Positions 35,960 to 49,759 of a stretch of 64,000 bases of DNA are shown in pieces. The notes below the pieces were generated by a model. It saw only the letters and a program-made list of their open reading frames with translations. It made no database searches and was not told the DNA's origin. This DNA comes from Camelus dromedarius (taxonomy: Eukaryota). The DNA lies in NCBI RefSeq assembly GCF_036321535.1, contig NC_087462.1, forward strand, positions 18,910,001 to 18,974,000. Direction: 5' to 3'. A program made the position numbers and the translations under genes. Each line of letters opens with the position of its first letter. Position 1 is the stretch's first letter.

Positions 35960-38900
35960 ATATTAGCCAACCTAATCCCATAAGGCAAGTACTGTTTTCA
36001 ATCTCATGTCCAGATAAAGCAGTTGAGAGTCTGAGAAGTCCCTTATGCAAGGTCGCACAGAGCTGAGGTCCAAATCCAAGTCCTTTAACCCCAGGACCCA
36101 GCCCCTCAGCCACCTCTCCACCTCCCATCTCACATCACATTGAGCAGACCATGACTGCAGGGCTGCGTTCAAGTTGGATATTGATGTAGACACCCCCAGG
36201 CATATCCAGGGCGTGGATACTCAGAGCCCCGTTATATAAAGAACAGTGGCCGGACTTGAGGATGTTTTAGCATGAAGACATGGCAGGGGATGAGCAGGGG
36301 TAAAGAGACACAAGACTTGGAAAGTAACTACAAATACCTGGTCATCTATCAAGAGGCAAAAGGCTTTGATGGCCCTGTGTGAGCCCATGTTACAAGGTCC
36401 CATGAAATGAAGTAAGGCCAGGATTTTTTTTTTTTTTTTAATATCCTTTCACACGCTCAGAAGTGTCAAAAAAAAAAAAAAAAAGTCAGGCTTCCCTGAA
36501 AAGTAGGAATCTCCCTGTCGCAGGAGGCATACAAGCAGAGGCTTGGCAATGGCTGACATTTGAGACCTCCCTATACCATGGCATCATTTGGAACCTCACC
36601 TGTGTCAGATACAGGAAACACAAGCAGATGTTGAGGCACTTTTGGTCCTGAGTATACGACTCTATTGTGATTCACTGGAGCCTCATCTCCAATAGCACTT
36701 TGAGTTCTCATTAAAATGCCTAGCACAGATTCCTTCTTAATAAGCCTAGAGGTAGGTATCATCATGCCCAGATGATGGTGTCTTCTTGGCCTGGGGTGCA
36801 AAATTTTGTGCAGTCACTTCATATCCAGCCCTTATCAGGTGACCTGTCATGACTCACAGGTCGTTAGAACTAGATGAGGACACGGAGCCAATGCTACGGA
36901 TGAAGAATTGTCCCAGGTCACAGGGCTCGCAAATCCCGAGCTCAGGGCTAAAGTTCACTTCCCACACCACGCGGCCTCGAGGGGGTATCGGAGTGTGAAG
37001 GACCCTGGGCAGTCTTCTCATTCAGCGACGACAAATAGGATTTTCACTTCCCTGTGCCAACTTTTAATTCATGGTTTCCTGAAGAGCTGTTTTAGAAGGA
37101 TTCCGGGGCCACCTCTGGGTTCCGTGGAAATGAGATCCGTGAATCATTCATGACGGCTGCCTTGGGCACAGGTGGGAAAGTAGCGACCTGTGCGCCAAGG
37201 CTCCTGGAGCTAATCCATCTCGATGGCTTTCTGGTTGTGCAGGCTGAGCTCTCTAGAAGGGACATGAATATTGCAGAAGAGATTATGAGGTGAGAGAAGG
37301 CCTTAGCCACCTCATTTGTGAAAATGATTTAAGGCTCTTTGTATGATCGTTAAACCCGCCTGTGGAATGGGAAAGATTCACAGCTGCCTGGGGCCCCGAC
37401 AATATAGAGCAGATGACATGTGATTTGTAGATGGTTTGAGTAACAGTTTCTAGTTCATCTTCACTAAGGTGCTTTGCCCTGGGTGGCAGGTGGCTCCACC
37501 CCTTACTTGTTGGGAAGTCATAAGCAGGTGCTTCTCCCAGAACCTTTTGCTAGTTGGTAAAATGAGGAAGAAGGCCTTCCTCACAGGGTTGCTATGGGAA
37601 GCAGAGAAAATATGGGCACTCAGCACAGCCTAACACTTAGCAATTGCTCAATAAATGCTGCCAAGTATAGTATTGCATCTAGCCCCTTCCTCTGTGTGTT
37701 AACATCTTTCCAGGCTGTTAAAAAAAAATGATAACAGCAATGACCACTCAGAAGATTGCCAGGGGACACAGCCCATCAACTCCAGATTATTGATCTGGGG
37801 CAGGTTTTTGGAGTCTCTTGTTCCCAAAGAGACGGGAACCAGCTTTCCAGCTGACCGAGAAAAGAGAAACCAGGAGAGAAGGCCAGAAAATCCAAGGATA
37901 GACCTCTTAGCTCCATAACACCCTTCACCTGCCAGTCTTCCTCGGGGATAGTCAGAGTCCACAGCCCCGGTCCTAAATGTGGGGGAAGAGCCAGGGACAC
38001 TGAGTGCAAAGTTTACTGGAGGTTTAACATTGAAGGATTGCATGTTTCCTTGAATTACACAGGAGCAATTTGCCTCCAAGCCTGCTATTCCCAAATTTAT
38101 CAAAGCACAGAGCATTTAATAAATTAATCAAATGTACTTGACAATAGAGCTGGTGGGCCAGTCAGATCTTGGCTCCTCAGCCCCTGAATTGTTGCCCAAA
38201 TGATGGAAATGAAAGTTCTCAGAATCCGTGGGTGGGAGGGATTTAACTCCATGAACAGGGAAGGGAAAACACAGAAGCTAATATTTACTGAGCACCTACT
38301 ATGTGTCAGAGGGTTTACAGAACATTATTTAATTTAATCGTCACAACAAGAACACTAGTAATACTTTCATTTAGCAATAAGCATTAGCAGCGAAACTTGC
38401 CATACGAATAGACACCAGCTACTTTGCATCTGTGGTGAGCAAACAGCAGCTCTCAAATTCAGGGGAGGAAATGTAAATTAGTTTTTATATCTAATGTATA
38501 TATAAATGTATATAGTTTTTATATAGAATTTCACATCCATTTTGAGCCCCCATCCCTTTGGGTGGCAGGACCTTAATCTCTGTCCTTTCTGTTTCTCTCC
38601 CAACTTCTTTTCCAACAGCTGCATCTAAGTTTGGAGCAGGAGCTTGAGGGTGGGGAGGGGAGAAGCTCACTCAGGGTCAGTGCGTCAGTGGGGGTCAAGG
38701 GCACCCGGCTCAGCTGATCTCATCCACTTCAGCAAATACAGAGACCTCCTTGTTCCCATCTGGTCTTGGGCAGTCACCAGTGCCTCCTCCCTGTGCCATC
38801 CCAAAGGTGGGCTCATCAGGGTTACCGGCTCCCCGGGCACTTACTTCCAGGCAGCACTCGGGAACCGACTGTTGCTCTGGACACTGTGCCAGGGCATGGG

Positions 38901-40199
38901 CACTGTGGGAGGCTGTCTCATCCCATCTTCCTAGAATCTCTGCTGCTCCCGGGCCAGGCTGTACACAGAAACCCCAATGCCCAGCCTGTCTTTCATTTGC
39001 AATCTTCTCTTCAAACTGATTTAGGGGTTCTCTTTCCTCCTCACCCTTCTAGTGACCACCAGCATCTCTTTCCAGTTACATCTCCCACCTGTGTGGGCAG
39101 TGAATGCTGCTGAGCAAATGGGGTAAAAGCAATGAGAAAACCCCAATTTTACCCAATGTATTTATGAGCCCTAATCCTCCAGTAGTCTTGTGAGGTGAAA
39201 ATGATTGTCCTGGTTTAACATTGAGGATATGGATGCTCAGAATGGACAGTTGCCTTGTCTGAGGTCACACAGGGTAAGCGGTGGCCCGGGGATAGGGGTG
39301 GGGCCGAAGCCCTCATCTGTCTGACTCTACTGCCTAAAGATGGAATACAGGTTATGCCAACTCATTCATAAGTAGAGGCTGCCTGAGGAATTTCTTTGAG
39401 AGTTTTGAGGCTGTATCTGAATTTGGCGAGCAAAGGAGTGTTGTGATCTGTTAGTAATGTCTGCCATGGGCTGCCAGCGCCATGCCAGGCTCTCTATGCT
39501 TCCTAGAAATTCTGTTCTCGTCTGTTGGCTAGATAAATTAATGAATACATGAACTACTTCATTAATGCTAGGTTTAGAGAAGGGGCTTGAAGCAGGAAGT
39601 GAGAGAGGCTGCTCGCGGCAGTCATAGAGGTCTCTGGAGGCTCAGGCTGGACCGTTAGAGATAAGAATGGCAGGGGAGATTGGGACCTGAACTTGGAAAA
39701 GCTTGAAATGCCAAACCCTAGAAGCTTGTGAGTTGTGAAAGGTCTGGGCTCAGGGGGATAATGTAAGAAAAGCTGCACTTAACTGCAGCGAGCAGTTCAG
39801 GAGACCGAGGGACCAGCTTAGAGAATTTTGTGATCAGTGTGAGGCACGGGGGAGGTGCCCAGCCCAAGGGAGGGGAAGGTCACAGTGACAAGGACAGGAA
39901 GATGTGGAGGGACAACTCACAGGACTCGGCAGCTGGCGGAGGGCTCTTTTCCCTAGTGACTCACAAGCTCCTTCTTTCTAGCTGAATTTCAGTTTTATTT
40001 TCAGCTCCAATCAGTGGTAATAGAGAAATCCAGGTGCTTTCTTTCCCTTGCTCCACATTTCTGTCTGCAGTTTCCCGAACCTAACGTCCCCACTTCCTCC
40101 CAAAGAGAGGAAATTGACAGCCCAGAGCAAAGCGGCCTGGGGCTTCATGACTGTCATCACAGTGGCCCCCATTTACTGTGTTCTCAGCATCCTGCAGGG

Positions 40200-40430
40200 G
40201 GTTAACCCTTCACAGGCATTTTCCCCTTTAACCTCCAGCAGCCCTATGAGGTAGGAGCTACTAGTATCTATATTTTACAGGTGAGAAAACTGTGATTCAG
40301 AAAGGCAAAGTCACTTGCCTGAGGTCACACCACCAGTGAGTGGTAAATCCAGAAACAAAAGATCATCTTTTAAAATAAAATCTGGATTCAAAGCTTGCTC
40401 CCTTAACTGTATGCCTCTGGGGTTTACAAA
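40200..40430 (-). mobile_element. MIR SINE
   Basis: gcagccctatgaggtagg...attttacaggtgagaaaactgtgattcagaaaggcaaagtcacttgcctgaggtcacac. Confidence 0.88.
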
Positions 40431-40469
40431 TGTTAGCCACTATGTATAAAAATAGATTTTAAGAAAAGA

Positions 40470-40648
40470 GTTTCTTCTGTATAGCACAGGAAACTATGTT
40501 AAATATCCTATAATAATCTTTAGTGAAAAAAATATGAAGGCAAATATATGTATGTATATGCATGACTGGGACATTGTGCTGCACACCAGAAATTGACACA
40601 TTGAAACTGACTGTACTTCAATTAAAATTTTTTTTAATTAAAAAAAAA
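40470..40648 (+). mobile_element. Short L1 3' end (camelid/cetartiodactyl type) with A tail
   Basis: ctgtatagcacaggaaactatg...tatatgcatgactgggacattgtgctgcacaccagaaattgacacattg...cttcaattaaaa. Confidence 0.9.
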
Positions 40649-41509
40649 ACTATATGCTTTTGGCCTACCCAAGCCATAAAATTTCACAGGTGGAAGTGTC
40701 CTTAGAGAATGTCTGACTCCCTCACTTTCCAGAGGGGAAATCTTGGACGGGATTTGTCCAAGGTCACCATGAGTTAGAGGGTGAGCAGGAACCTGAACCC
40801 AACGGTGGAAGAAAGCGTGAGTCCACTGCCTGTTGCTTGTCGATTTTCCCCAACACGTCCCCCCATTTCTCCCCACCCCCTTGGGTGCTGACCAGGTGCA
40901 TCCTGACGTCCAGACACCTAGCTCCCCAGCAAGGCCTTAACAAAGACTGAAATCATGACAGCTCCCCAGCCTTTCAGCCCCTGTGTTCCCCATCCTCCGC
41001 GCTCAGAGATGTTCAGCTCCACCCGCAAGTCGCCCAGGCACACCCTCCCTGCCCATTTCCAGGCCCGCGACACCTGTGGGCCCCCTGCCCCCATCCCTGC
41101 GGCAGAGATGGTTCTGTTGTTCCTAAAGCAACAGTGCACCCAGCAGCGTCCAGAACTCAGCTCATAATGACATAGTGAATGGAGGAAATTAGAGGCGAAT
41201 GCATTCCCGGCGAAGGTTCCTCCCAGGGTAGATGGGGCCATTGGCTGAGTGACCTGTGACAGATGCCCACATAGACCCACTTGTATGACCACCTTCGCTG
41301 CCCTCAAGAGCAGGGCTGGCTCCCGGTCTGGCCATGCTTCAGAGAGCTTTCCGTCCTAGACCCTGGACCTCCCCAGCCCTGTCCTACTGTCCTAGAGGAG
41401 CTAGCGTTTCCACATGTCTCCTACAGCACCTCTCAAGTACACGGCCTTGACCCTGAAGTTAGGGAGGCTGGAGAGCATCGTGGTTGATTGCATGGCCTCT
41501 GATGTCAAA

Positions 41510-41745
41510 TGAATCTGCTTTCAAGTCCCAGCTTTCCCCCTCACTGCTGGGCAAGCTGGCCAACCTCCCTGCGCTTCAGTGCCCTCAACTGCAAAAGGGG
41601 AATTAACTAGTCCCTGTCCCTGGGCTGGTCAGGTGAATTAAATGTGATGTTAAGTGCATGCGTGTTAAGTGTTTGGGAGAGTCCCTGGTACATAGTAGGT
41701 GTTTGATAAACAATTATAATAATAATAATAATAATAACAGCAACA
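41510..41745 (+). mobile_element. MIR SINE with (AAT)n tail
   Basis: ctgctttcaagtcccagct...ctggtacatagtaggtgtttgataaacaattataataataataataat. Confidence 0.8.
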
Positions 41746-42403
41746 ACAGTTACTTCTTTGTAACCTTCACAGCACCTTGCATGGATTAGGTGCTATAATA
41801 AGATGCTGGGATTAAGATGGTGACAGTGGTGGTGGTGGTGGTGGTGGTGGTAGGGAGGAGAATAGGTGAGAATGTGAAAGTCTCAGTGGGCCTCGGAAAT
41901 GACAGGGCAGCAGTCTGTTGCAATGGAAATTGCATGAACTTTGCAGCCAGATAGTTCTACTTAAATTTGTTAGCCAACTGTGTGACTAGGGGGAAGTTAC
42001 TCCATCTCTCTTAGTCTGGGCCACCATCCCACATCTTCCCTAGGGCTGTTGGCAGGGGTAAATGAAACCGTGCTTCTAAAGTGCTTGACCCAGCACCTGG
42101 CCCAGCAGACATTCAATTTCTAACAGGCACTGCTGTTACTCTTGTCGGTGCATTTCTGGTCTCCCCAGCCCGAGCATAGGCCAGCGCTCCCTCCCTTGAG
42201 CAGGTTTGGACGCTGCTTTGTGTGTGCTCCTTGAGGGCGGGGGCCAAGCATTTTGTCCGACAGCTCTTCACTGAGCAGCAGCGCCTCTGAGCCTGCTGCC
42301 ATGCTCGGCACTGGCCACACAGTTCGGAACAGAACAGACAGGATCTTTGCCCTCTTGGGGCTCATAGAATAATGTGGGATGGGGTGAGGGGGTGGGGAGG
42401 GGG

Positions 42404-42893
42404 TACCAATATTTCCTATTGCTGCTGTAACAGATTATCACAACATTAGTAGCTCAAAACAACACACGATTATTATTTTTACAGTTCTGAGTTTCAGAAA
42501 TGAGTCTTAAGGGACTGAAAACCAAGGTGTGGCAGGGCTGTGTTCCCTCTTTAGGCTCCAGGGGGAAGGCATTTCCTTGCCTTTTCTGGCTTCTAGATGC
42601 TGCCTGCATCCCTCGTCTCGTGGCTCCTTCCTCCGTCGTCAAAGTGCATCACTCAACCTCCGCTTCTGTCATGACATTGCCTTTCTGTGAGTCTCCTCCT
42701 CTCGCCTCTGATAAGGACCATTGTGATTACACTGGGCTCATTCACCTGGATAATTCCGGGCACTCTCCCCATCTCAAAATCCTTAGCTTAATCACATTTG
42801 CAAGGTCCCTTTGACCATGTAAGGTAACATAGTCACAGGTTCCAGGGATGAGGACGTGTGGACATCCTTCGAGGGCTATCATTCAGCCTAGCA
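42404..42893 (-). mobile_element. MaLR solo LTR (MLT1C-like)
   Basis: tttcctattgctgctgtaacagattatcac...cacatttgcaaggtccctttgaccatgtaaggtaacatagtcacaggttccagggatgaggacgtg. Confidence 0.92.
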
Positions 42894-43214
42894 CCGGGAG
42901 AATCTGCTTTAGGTAGGCCCTGTTCTTGCCACCACCAAGTTCAGCTCTTGGCATAGCAGAGGCCATGGATGAATGAGTGAGTGAGTGAATGAATGACAGA
43001 GAAAGAGAATGGGAGAGAGACAGGCCAGCCTGGTCCAAGCAGTCCAGACTTGAAATGGGTTCTCGTGGGTCCCCTGAGAACCTGCTGGTTTGCTGAGATG
43101 TGCCCTTGGGCATCGAGTTAGACCCTCAGGAGAGTTAAACCGTTCAGGTTCATAATGTAAAAAGCTCAGGGAGGGTCCTAAGAAACCCATGTTCTGAGCC
43201 TCCTTGCAGGATGC

Positions 43215-43400
43215 TTCATCTAATTCACAGCCCTCTGTTTCACAGCCACTGTTGTCTTCATTTCTCAGATGAGGGACTGAGGCACAGAGAGGTGCTGTCA
43301 CTCACCCAAGGCCACACAGTTAGTGAGTGGCAGATCCACCAAGACGCGACACCAGCTGCCTGGCTACAGGGCCAGCGCTCTTATTTCCATCCCGCATATT
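43215..43400 (-). mobile_element. MIR SINE
   Basis: tttctcagatgagggactgaggcacagagagg...cccaaggccacacagttagtgagtggcaga. Confidence 0.88.
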
Positions 43401-43829
43401 TAATAAACTCACTCTTGGGGCCACCCAGCTTTCTCCTCAAGGGAACGTCCTATTTCCCTGCTGGATTCTATGTATGGTTTGTAGTCTTGCCAGATTTTTA
43501 AAAGCACGTTATCAGCTCATGAGCATGCCTGTCATTCACCCGCACCTGTACTGTTTAACAAGGTAGAGTCAGGGGAAGGCAGCCTCAGAGCAGGACCAGG
43601 GGAGGACCCCCCCCCCACCTCCAACTTCTTCTCCAAACCCATCAGCTCTCTGAGTGAGGCTGCCCCGCGCAGCTCCCCCCAGGGAAGGAGATAAAGGAGG
43701 TCACCCAGGGAGCCCAGTATCCTTGCAGAGCAAACCACTCCCTGTCCCACATCTTCGCATGTCTAGGCTGTTCCCTGTGAGTCCGTCTGACTACATGGCC
43801 ACAGGTCAAGGGCCAAGGTCAACCCAAGG

Positions 43830-44070
43830 GGAGAAGGGATGTGCAGTGCAGAGGCTCGGCACTCAAGCCTGGACGCCAGACAGGCCAGGGCTGTCACCTC
43901 ATCTGCTTCGTACTGATGGCCTTGGGAACATCATTTCTCCAAACCTAAGTTTCCTCATCTGATAAAATGGGTATAATAATGGGGTTCACCTCTTCAATAA
44001 AATGACACAATACTTTCATATCAGCACTAGTACAGTTCCTAACACCTAAAAGGTACCAGGTGAGTGGTAT
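43830..44070 (+). mobile_element. MIR SINE
   Basis: ccttgggaacatcatttctccaaacctaagtttcctcatctgataaaatgggtataataat. Confidence 0.85.
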
Positions 44071-44074
44071 TTGT

Positions 44075-44420
44075 TATTACCTAATATACTTAGGTGTTCA
44101 GAGTCTCAAATTAATTAGCTTACATATTTACCGACCACCTCCTCTGTGCCAGCTGCTGTTCAGAGCTCAGAGTACAGCAGAGAAACAGCTTTCCTGTCTT
44201 CATGGAGCTTACATTCTAGTGCGGCAGAGACACTTAATTCACAAGTAAATACACGAGTTCAGAGATATAAATGCTCTGAAGGGAAATTAGGCAGTGAGGG
44301 TAAGGGGTGGAAAGTGGCTGGGGGAGGGAGAGACGGGGGGTTCATTCTAGACAGGGGTCCAGGGAAGGCCCTCAGAGGAGGTGACGTGGGAGTGCAGACC
44401 AGAGTGAGAGGAGTACGTGC
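44075..44420 (-). mobile_element. L2 fragment
   Basis: gctttcctgtcttcatggagcttacattctagtg...cagggaaggccctcagaggaggtgac. Confidence 0.8.
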
Positions 44421-45276
44421 AGGTACTTAAATTATTCTTTTTGCGAGCTGAGGCTGCCCTGGGAGCCCACTGACCCGCAAGATAAGTCCTGAGGCCTGGC
44501 CCAGAGCAGCAGGCTTTGAAGCCAGACAGTCGAGGGTTCAAATCTCAGCTCTGCCACTCTCAGGATAGATGGCTTTGAGTGGGTGGGTTTCCCCTCTCTG
44601 AGTGTCCCCTTCCCCTCTCTGAGTGTCCCTTTCCTCCTCCGCAGCATGGGGATGGGGATGGCTCAGAACTCCCGGGGACGGTGTGGGGATTAGAAGGGAT
44701 GACATGTAAATCGTGAGCAGAGGACCTGGCACAGAGTACACGCTCTGTGATTGGTGAGTGCAGGTATTCATGTTATCAGATGCAAGTTTGGCAACTCGGA
44801 GCAAGCAGGGATGACCTTGAGTGTGGATAGGAGGCAGCTGGAAACGTCACACTTCCCAGGACCAGCCTAGGAGAGACCAGGGGAGCTAGCATCCCGGAGC
44901 ACCCTGATTCTGGCTTTGGCAGAAGTCCATCCCTGCCGGGCACTCTGCAGCCACTGTGAGAGTTGCCGGATACCACTCCTCTGAGGGAAAGCTTGGGGAC
45001 CAGGGAGCCACATCCTGCTGATGAAGTCTAAGGGCTAGGAGGCAGGCAAAGGGAGTGTGGGCAAGCAAGTCGGAGTCAGAAGTGAGATCCCCAACAAGGG
45101 GATGGATGACTGGCTGAAACGTTCTAATCAATTGCAGAGGCTTAGCGGTTGGGCTCTGGTTCGTGGTTTGGTGATGGTCCACCCCCAGCTCGTCACCAAC
45201 ACAACAGGGCAAGATTTACTATTATCATGACCACTCCTGAGACTATCTCTATTTTAAATAACTGGTCCCCTGCTAG

Positions 45277-45480
45277 ACTGTTAGTCAGAACAGTACAAAT
45301 GCTGTAACAAACAGCCCCAGAGTTTCAGTGGCTGAAGATGGTAACAGTTTACCTCTCCCTAGTGCAGCTCAGAGCCGAGGGGGAGATGCATCTGTGCCTC
45401 TGATCCAGGCAGGCTCCTTCCATCTGTGGCTCCTCCCTCCTCTGTGTCTTCAAAGTCCTCTCTCCTATGCTGCTGGATGG
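45277..45480. mobile_element. MaLR MLT1 (J/K/L-like) LTR fragment
   Basis: tgttagtcagaacagtacaaatgctgtaacaaacagccccagagtttcagtggctgaa. Confidence 0.65.
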
Positions 45481-45945
45481 GGAAAGGGAGGCTGGATTTG
45501 CCTGAAGGGTCTGTATGGGGCAGGCCAGGAAGGGGCACAACCCCTCAGAAGGAGAAGACAGCCTTACTAGGTCCTGTTATGCTGATCCCCACGCTGATGG
45601 AACATGCGCTGGGAATGTCACCACCTTTAGGCAGCATTCCCTGCCCACCTCCACCTTCCCAAGGCAACCCGAGGTGTGTGCGTGCACAGACACACACACA
45701 GACGAGCGCACGTCCACATCCCAGGCACCCTTTGTGTTTCTCCCACACCCTAGGCTGACCGCCAGCACAGCGCATATCACAGGGAGAGATAATCACCTGC
45801 CTTTGTGTCTTTCTTCCCATGAAAGTCTGAGCCACAGGGAGGCAGGAGCTGTGTTCCCAGAACTGGGACTGTGCTGGGCTTGTTCAAGAGGAAGGGAAAG
45901 AAAAGAAGAGAGAGAATCAGCCCTTGTTGAGCTCTCTCAATTCTA

Positions 45946-46755
45946 TTTTTTTTAATTGTGGTAAAATAAACATCACAGGAAATTTATCACCTTAAACCAT
46001 TTGTAAGTGTACAGTTCAGGACCACTAAGTACATTCACACTGTTGTGCAACCATCACCACCAGGCATCTCCACTAAACACTAGCTCCCCGTCCCCCTCCC
46101 CCAGCCCCAGGCAACCACCGTTCTACTGTCTGTCTCTGTGGGTTGCAGGGCTCTGTAATAGGCATCTCATGTAGGATTTGTCCTCTTGTGACTGGCGTTC
46201 TCACTCAGTATAATGTCCTGCAGGTTCATCCTTGTTGTAGCCTGGTCAGAATTCCCTTCTTTTTTTTAAGGCTGATTAATATTCCATTGATCGTTGAGGC
46301 CACATTGTATTTATCCATTCGTCCCTCCCTGGGCACTTGGCTTGCTTTCACCTTCTGGCTGTTGTGAATAATGCTCTATGAACATGAGCATATAAATATC
46401 TATTTTAAGTTCCTACTTTTGATTCTTTCGTGTTTATAACCAGAAGTGGAATTGCTGGATCACATGATAATTCTGTTTCAGTTCCTTGAGGAACCCGCCA
46501 AACTGTTTTCCACAGCAGCTGCACCATTTTACATTCCCACCAGTGGTGCATGAGGATTCCAGTTTCACCACATCCTCACCAACACTAGTTATTATGTTTT
46601 GTTTTTTTTTTTGACAATAATCATCCTAATGTGTGTGAGGTAGTACCTCACTGTGGTTTCTGATTTCCCTGATGATCAGTGATGTTGAGCGTCTTGCCAT
46701 GTGCTTATTGGCCTTTTGTGTATCTTTTTGGGAGAAAAGTCTATTCATGTCCCTT
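45946..46755 (-). mobile_element. L1MB-like 3' fragment
   Basis: ttttaattgtggtaaaataaacatcac...gtgtacagttcagg...gtggaattgctggatcacatg...ccatttttacattcccaccag. Confidence 0.92.
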
Positions 46756-47953
46756 CAATTCTTTATAAATATTATACCCAATGCTTGTAACAGCCCAATG
46801 AGGTAGGTATTATTATGCCCATTTTATACTTAACCAAACTAAACCCTGAAAAAAAACCAAGTGACTTATCCAAGGTCATGTATGACCTAGAAAGTGACAG
46901 GGCTTATATTTAAACAGTCTTTCTCTTTCCAAACATTAAGCACATAGTATTAAGCCGACAGTTATTGCAACATAATAGCATGTTGATTTATCCACGTTCC
47001 TCCGTGTCCCGCCCACATGTAGACTGTGAGATCAGAGGGCATCTCTTAATTATTTCTGACACAGTGTCAGGCATAGATAAGAATCTATTAAATGTTGAAT
47101 GAGAAGACGCAGGCCTGATGCACCACCCACAAGCTCCGCATGTGCGATTTGGAAGGCTTAGCTTAGCTGTTCCGAATCCAGGTTTCCTTATCTACAAAAG
47201 GGGGACAGAAACCCATCCCTCTGTGGCCTGTTGGAAGATCAGAACTGATACCTCTGCAAAGTGCTAAGTTTGGTGCCTGATGTGTGTCAGGTGCTGACTT
47301 AGTGGTAGGAATCGACAAGGCTGCTATGCGATGGGCTGTGGGCGGGCCCTAGAGAAGCCTGAAGCCTAATTCCTGCCTTCTGCTTGCGTTCTTCCCAGTT
47401 GGGGAGATAAAACAGCCCAGCTGTAATGAAAGGAGAAACTCAAAGCCAGCACAGACTACGAACGTGCTTGTACATGCAGATTATCTCAGGACCAATTCAG
47501 GAGAATCTGGACACACTGGTGGCCTCAGAGGAGTAGAGCTGGGAGTCAGGGAGGTTAAGGAAATTGGCTCATTTACTCCAGATGGCTTAATTTTTCTGTA
47601 TACACTTGTGTAGAGTTGGGATTTACCACGCAGCTAGAAGAGAGTGTGTACACCAGGATACGGTGGGCGAGTGGCCTGGTTCCACGACGGGGCAGGGAGG
47701 AGCAAGGACCTCTGAGAGCAGAAAGACTCTTCTGAATCCATCTGGCTTCTGCCTACCAGCCCCACATGTCCCAGAGACACCCCCTACCCCAGCCTCCCAG
47801 CACGAAGCAGAACGCCTCACAGGGATGCACTGCATCAACTCCCAGAAGTGTGTCCTGGAAGGAACCTGCCATGTGCTTCCTGCGTCTCCAGCACCTAATG
47901 GAGTTATCATGAAGAAGGGAGCATTTTTAATTTACCCTGGAGGGGTGTGTGGA

Positions 47954-48165
47954 NNNNNNNNNNNNNNNNNNNNNNNNNNNNNNNNNNNNNNNNNNNNNNN
48001 NNNNNNNNNNNNNNNNNNNNNNNNNNNNNNNNNNNNNNNNNNNNNNNNNNNNNNNNNNNNNNNNNNNNNNNNNNNNNNNNNNNNNNNNNNNNNNNNNNNN
48101 NNNNNNNNNNNNNNNNNNNNNNNNNNNNNNNNNNNNNNNNNNNNNNNNNNNNNNNNNNNNNNNNN
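47954..48165. other. Assembly gap (212 N)
   Basis: Run of N. Confidence 1.
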
Positions 48166-49759
48166 CCCACAGTCCATCATTAAGCAGAGAGACATCAACC
48201 CCCAGTTGGGGGGCCCCTCTTCCCAAATAGAGGGAAATGGAGGGGTTGCTGCCGCACCGTGGGCCTGACAGAGGGAGAGAGTTTGGGAACGTGTGTCAGG
48301 GGACTTCCCTTCCCGTGACTGTGGAAAAGGGAGAGGGGGCCAGAGATGGTGGGAAGACTGTGGGCTCCAGCTTCAGGAGAGATGTGAGCTTGGAAAAGTC
48401 AATTAGCCTTTCTGGACCTCTGTTGTCTAACAGAATACCAGATCACCCTTAAGAGATTGCGTCCAGATTGACATTGTGTAAGGGACTTCTCATTTTACGG
48501 ATGAGGGCCCGAGAGTCCAAAGGGGCGACTTCTCCTACAAGACGCAGCTAGAAGTGGGCAGGGCCAGGGCCTTTGAATACTCCACAGCACTCAGCACGGT
48601 AGGAAGCACAGGGTATGAGCTCCGTGGATGTTCTCGTCTTTCCTTGTTTTTGCTGGTGCTTCCTCCTTCCTAATAAATTACGTCTATTGGCATTATACAG
48701 GATGCACAGAGCCAGCCGCAGGGCGCTGGCACCTCCGGAAGCATCCTGGACCAGCCCTTGCCTGGGTTTCAGAAAGAGCTGGCATTTGGCTCCTCTCCCT
48801 CCAGGAGGGGCCATAGCTCCATGGTTAAGAGCACAGTACTTTGTAGTCAGAAAGCCAGAGTTCAAAGGCAGCCCCTCCCACCATGGGGCTGGCTGTGACA
48901 GACTCTAAGTATAGTCTCCTTCTCTATAAATTGTAAATAACAGCAGTCCCCTCCACGCGTCTGGAAAGGCTGTGCCTGGCACCAGTGTGGGAAGCGTTAG
49001 CCATTGTTCCTGGTGGGTTTCTCACGCACAGTGCAGCAGGCCCCACTTAAGTGCCGTGTGCACGGCTGGGTGGGATGGAGCATCAGGTCAATCCGACTAG
49101 GTCACCCCTTCTCCAGGCAGGCCCCGAGTCCATGTATGAGAGTCCATTTCTAGGCCACCAAACCTTTGCCAAGCAGCTCCCCAGCCCTGGCTTCTTTCAG
49201 GAGTCCTGAGTGACAGGTATTCGCTGGTTGTGGTGGGTGCTGGGTCTGGGGACTGCAAGGATGAGGGGTGGAGGTGGAGGTGGGGGACGGAGTGTAGGAG
49301 GGGTGCAGGCAAAGGGAGGCAGTGATGCAACCCAGTTGTGTGTCTGCTCTGAAGCAAAGCCCACGAGGACGGCCCTCAGATCAGGGAGCTGTGTCTGAGG
49401 GGGCCAGGCCTGGTGTCATCAGTAGAGAAATCCATCAGAATAACTCACAGCAAGGACCTGCATGCAGCCCGTGTTCCCCAGGCTCCAGCCTGAGCCGTTT
49501 CAGGAGATGAGCCCTCCACCAAAGGAGGATCTCCCGAGCCAGGGGGTGGTGCTGTATTTGCACTGAGCACTTTGCCCGGAGCGGGTCTGGTAGACACCCC
49601 AAGATGACGGAAGGAAGGGGCTCCTGTGTCTCTCCCCAGCAGGCCCGGCAGGGCTGATTCCCCGCCCATTTCCAGGACTCACTTTCTGGGATGCAGCCTG
49701 TGATGGGCCAGGATGCTCAGGCTCCTGAGTGCGGGAGGAAGGGGAGAGGAGAAGGAACC

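Noticed and set aside
43215-44070. Oppositely oriented MIR pair as a possible dsRNA stem
   Set aside because: Copies are too diverged for stable pairing and such pairs are expected at this MIR density
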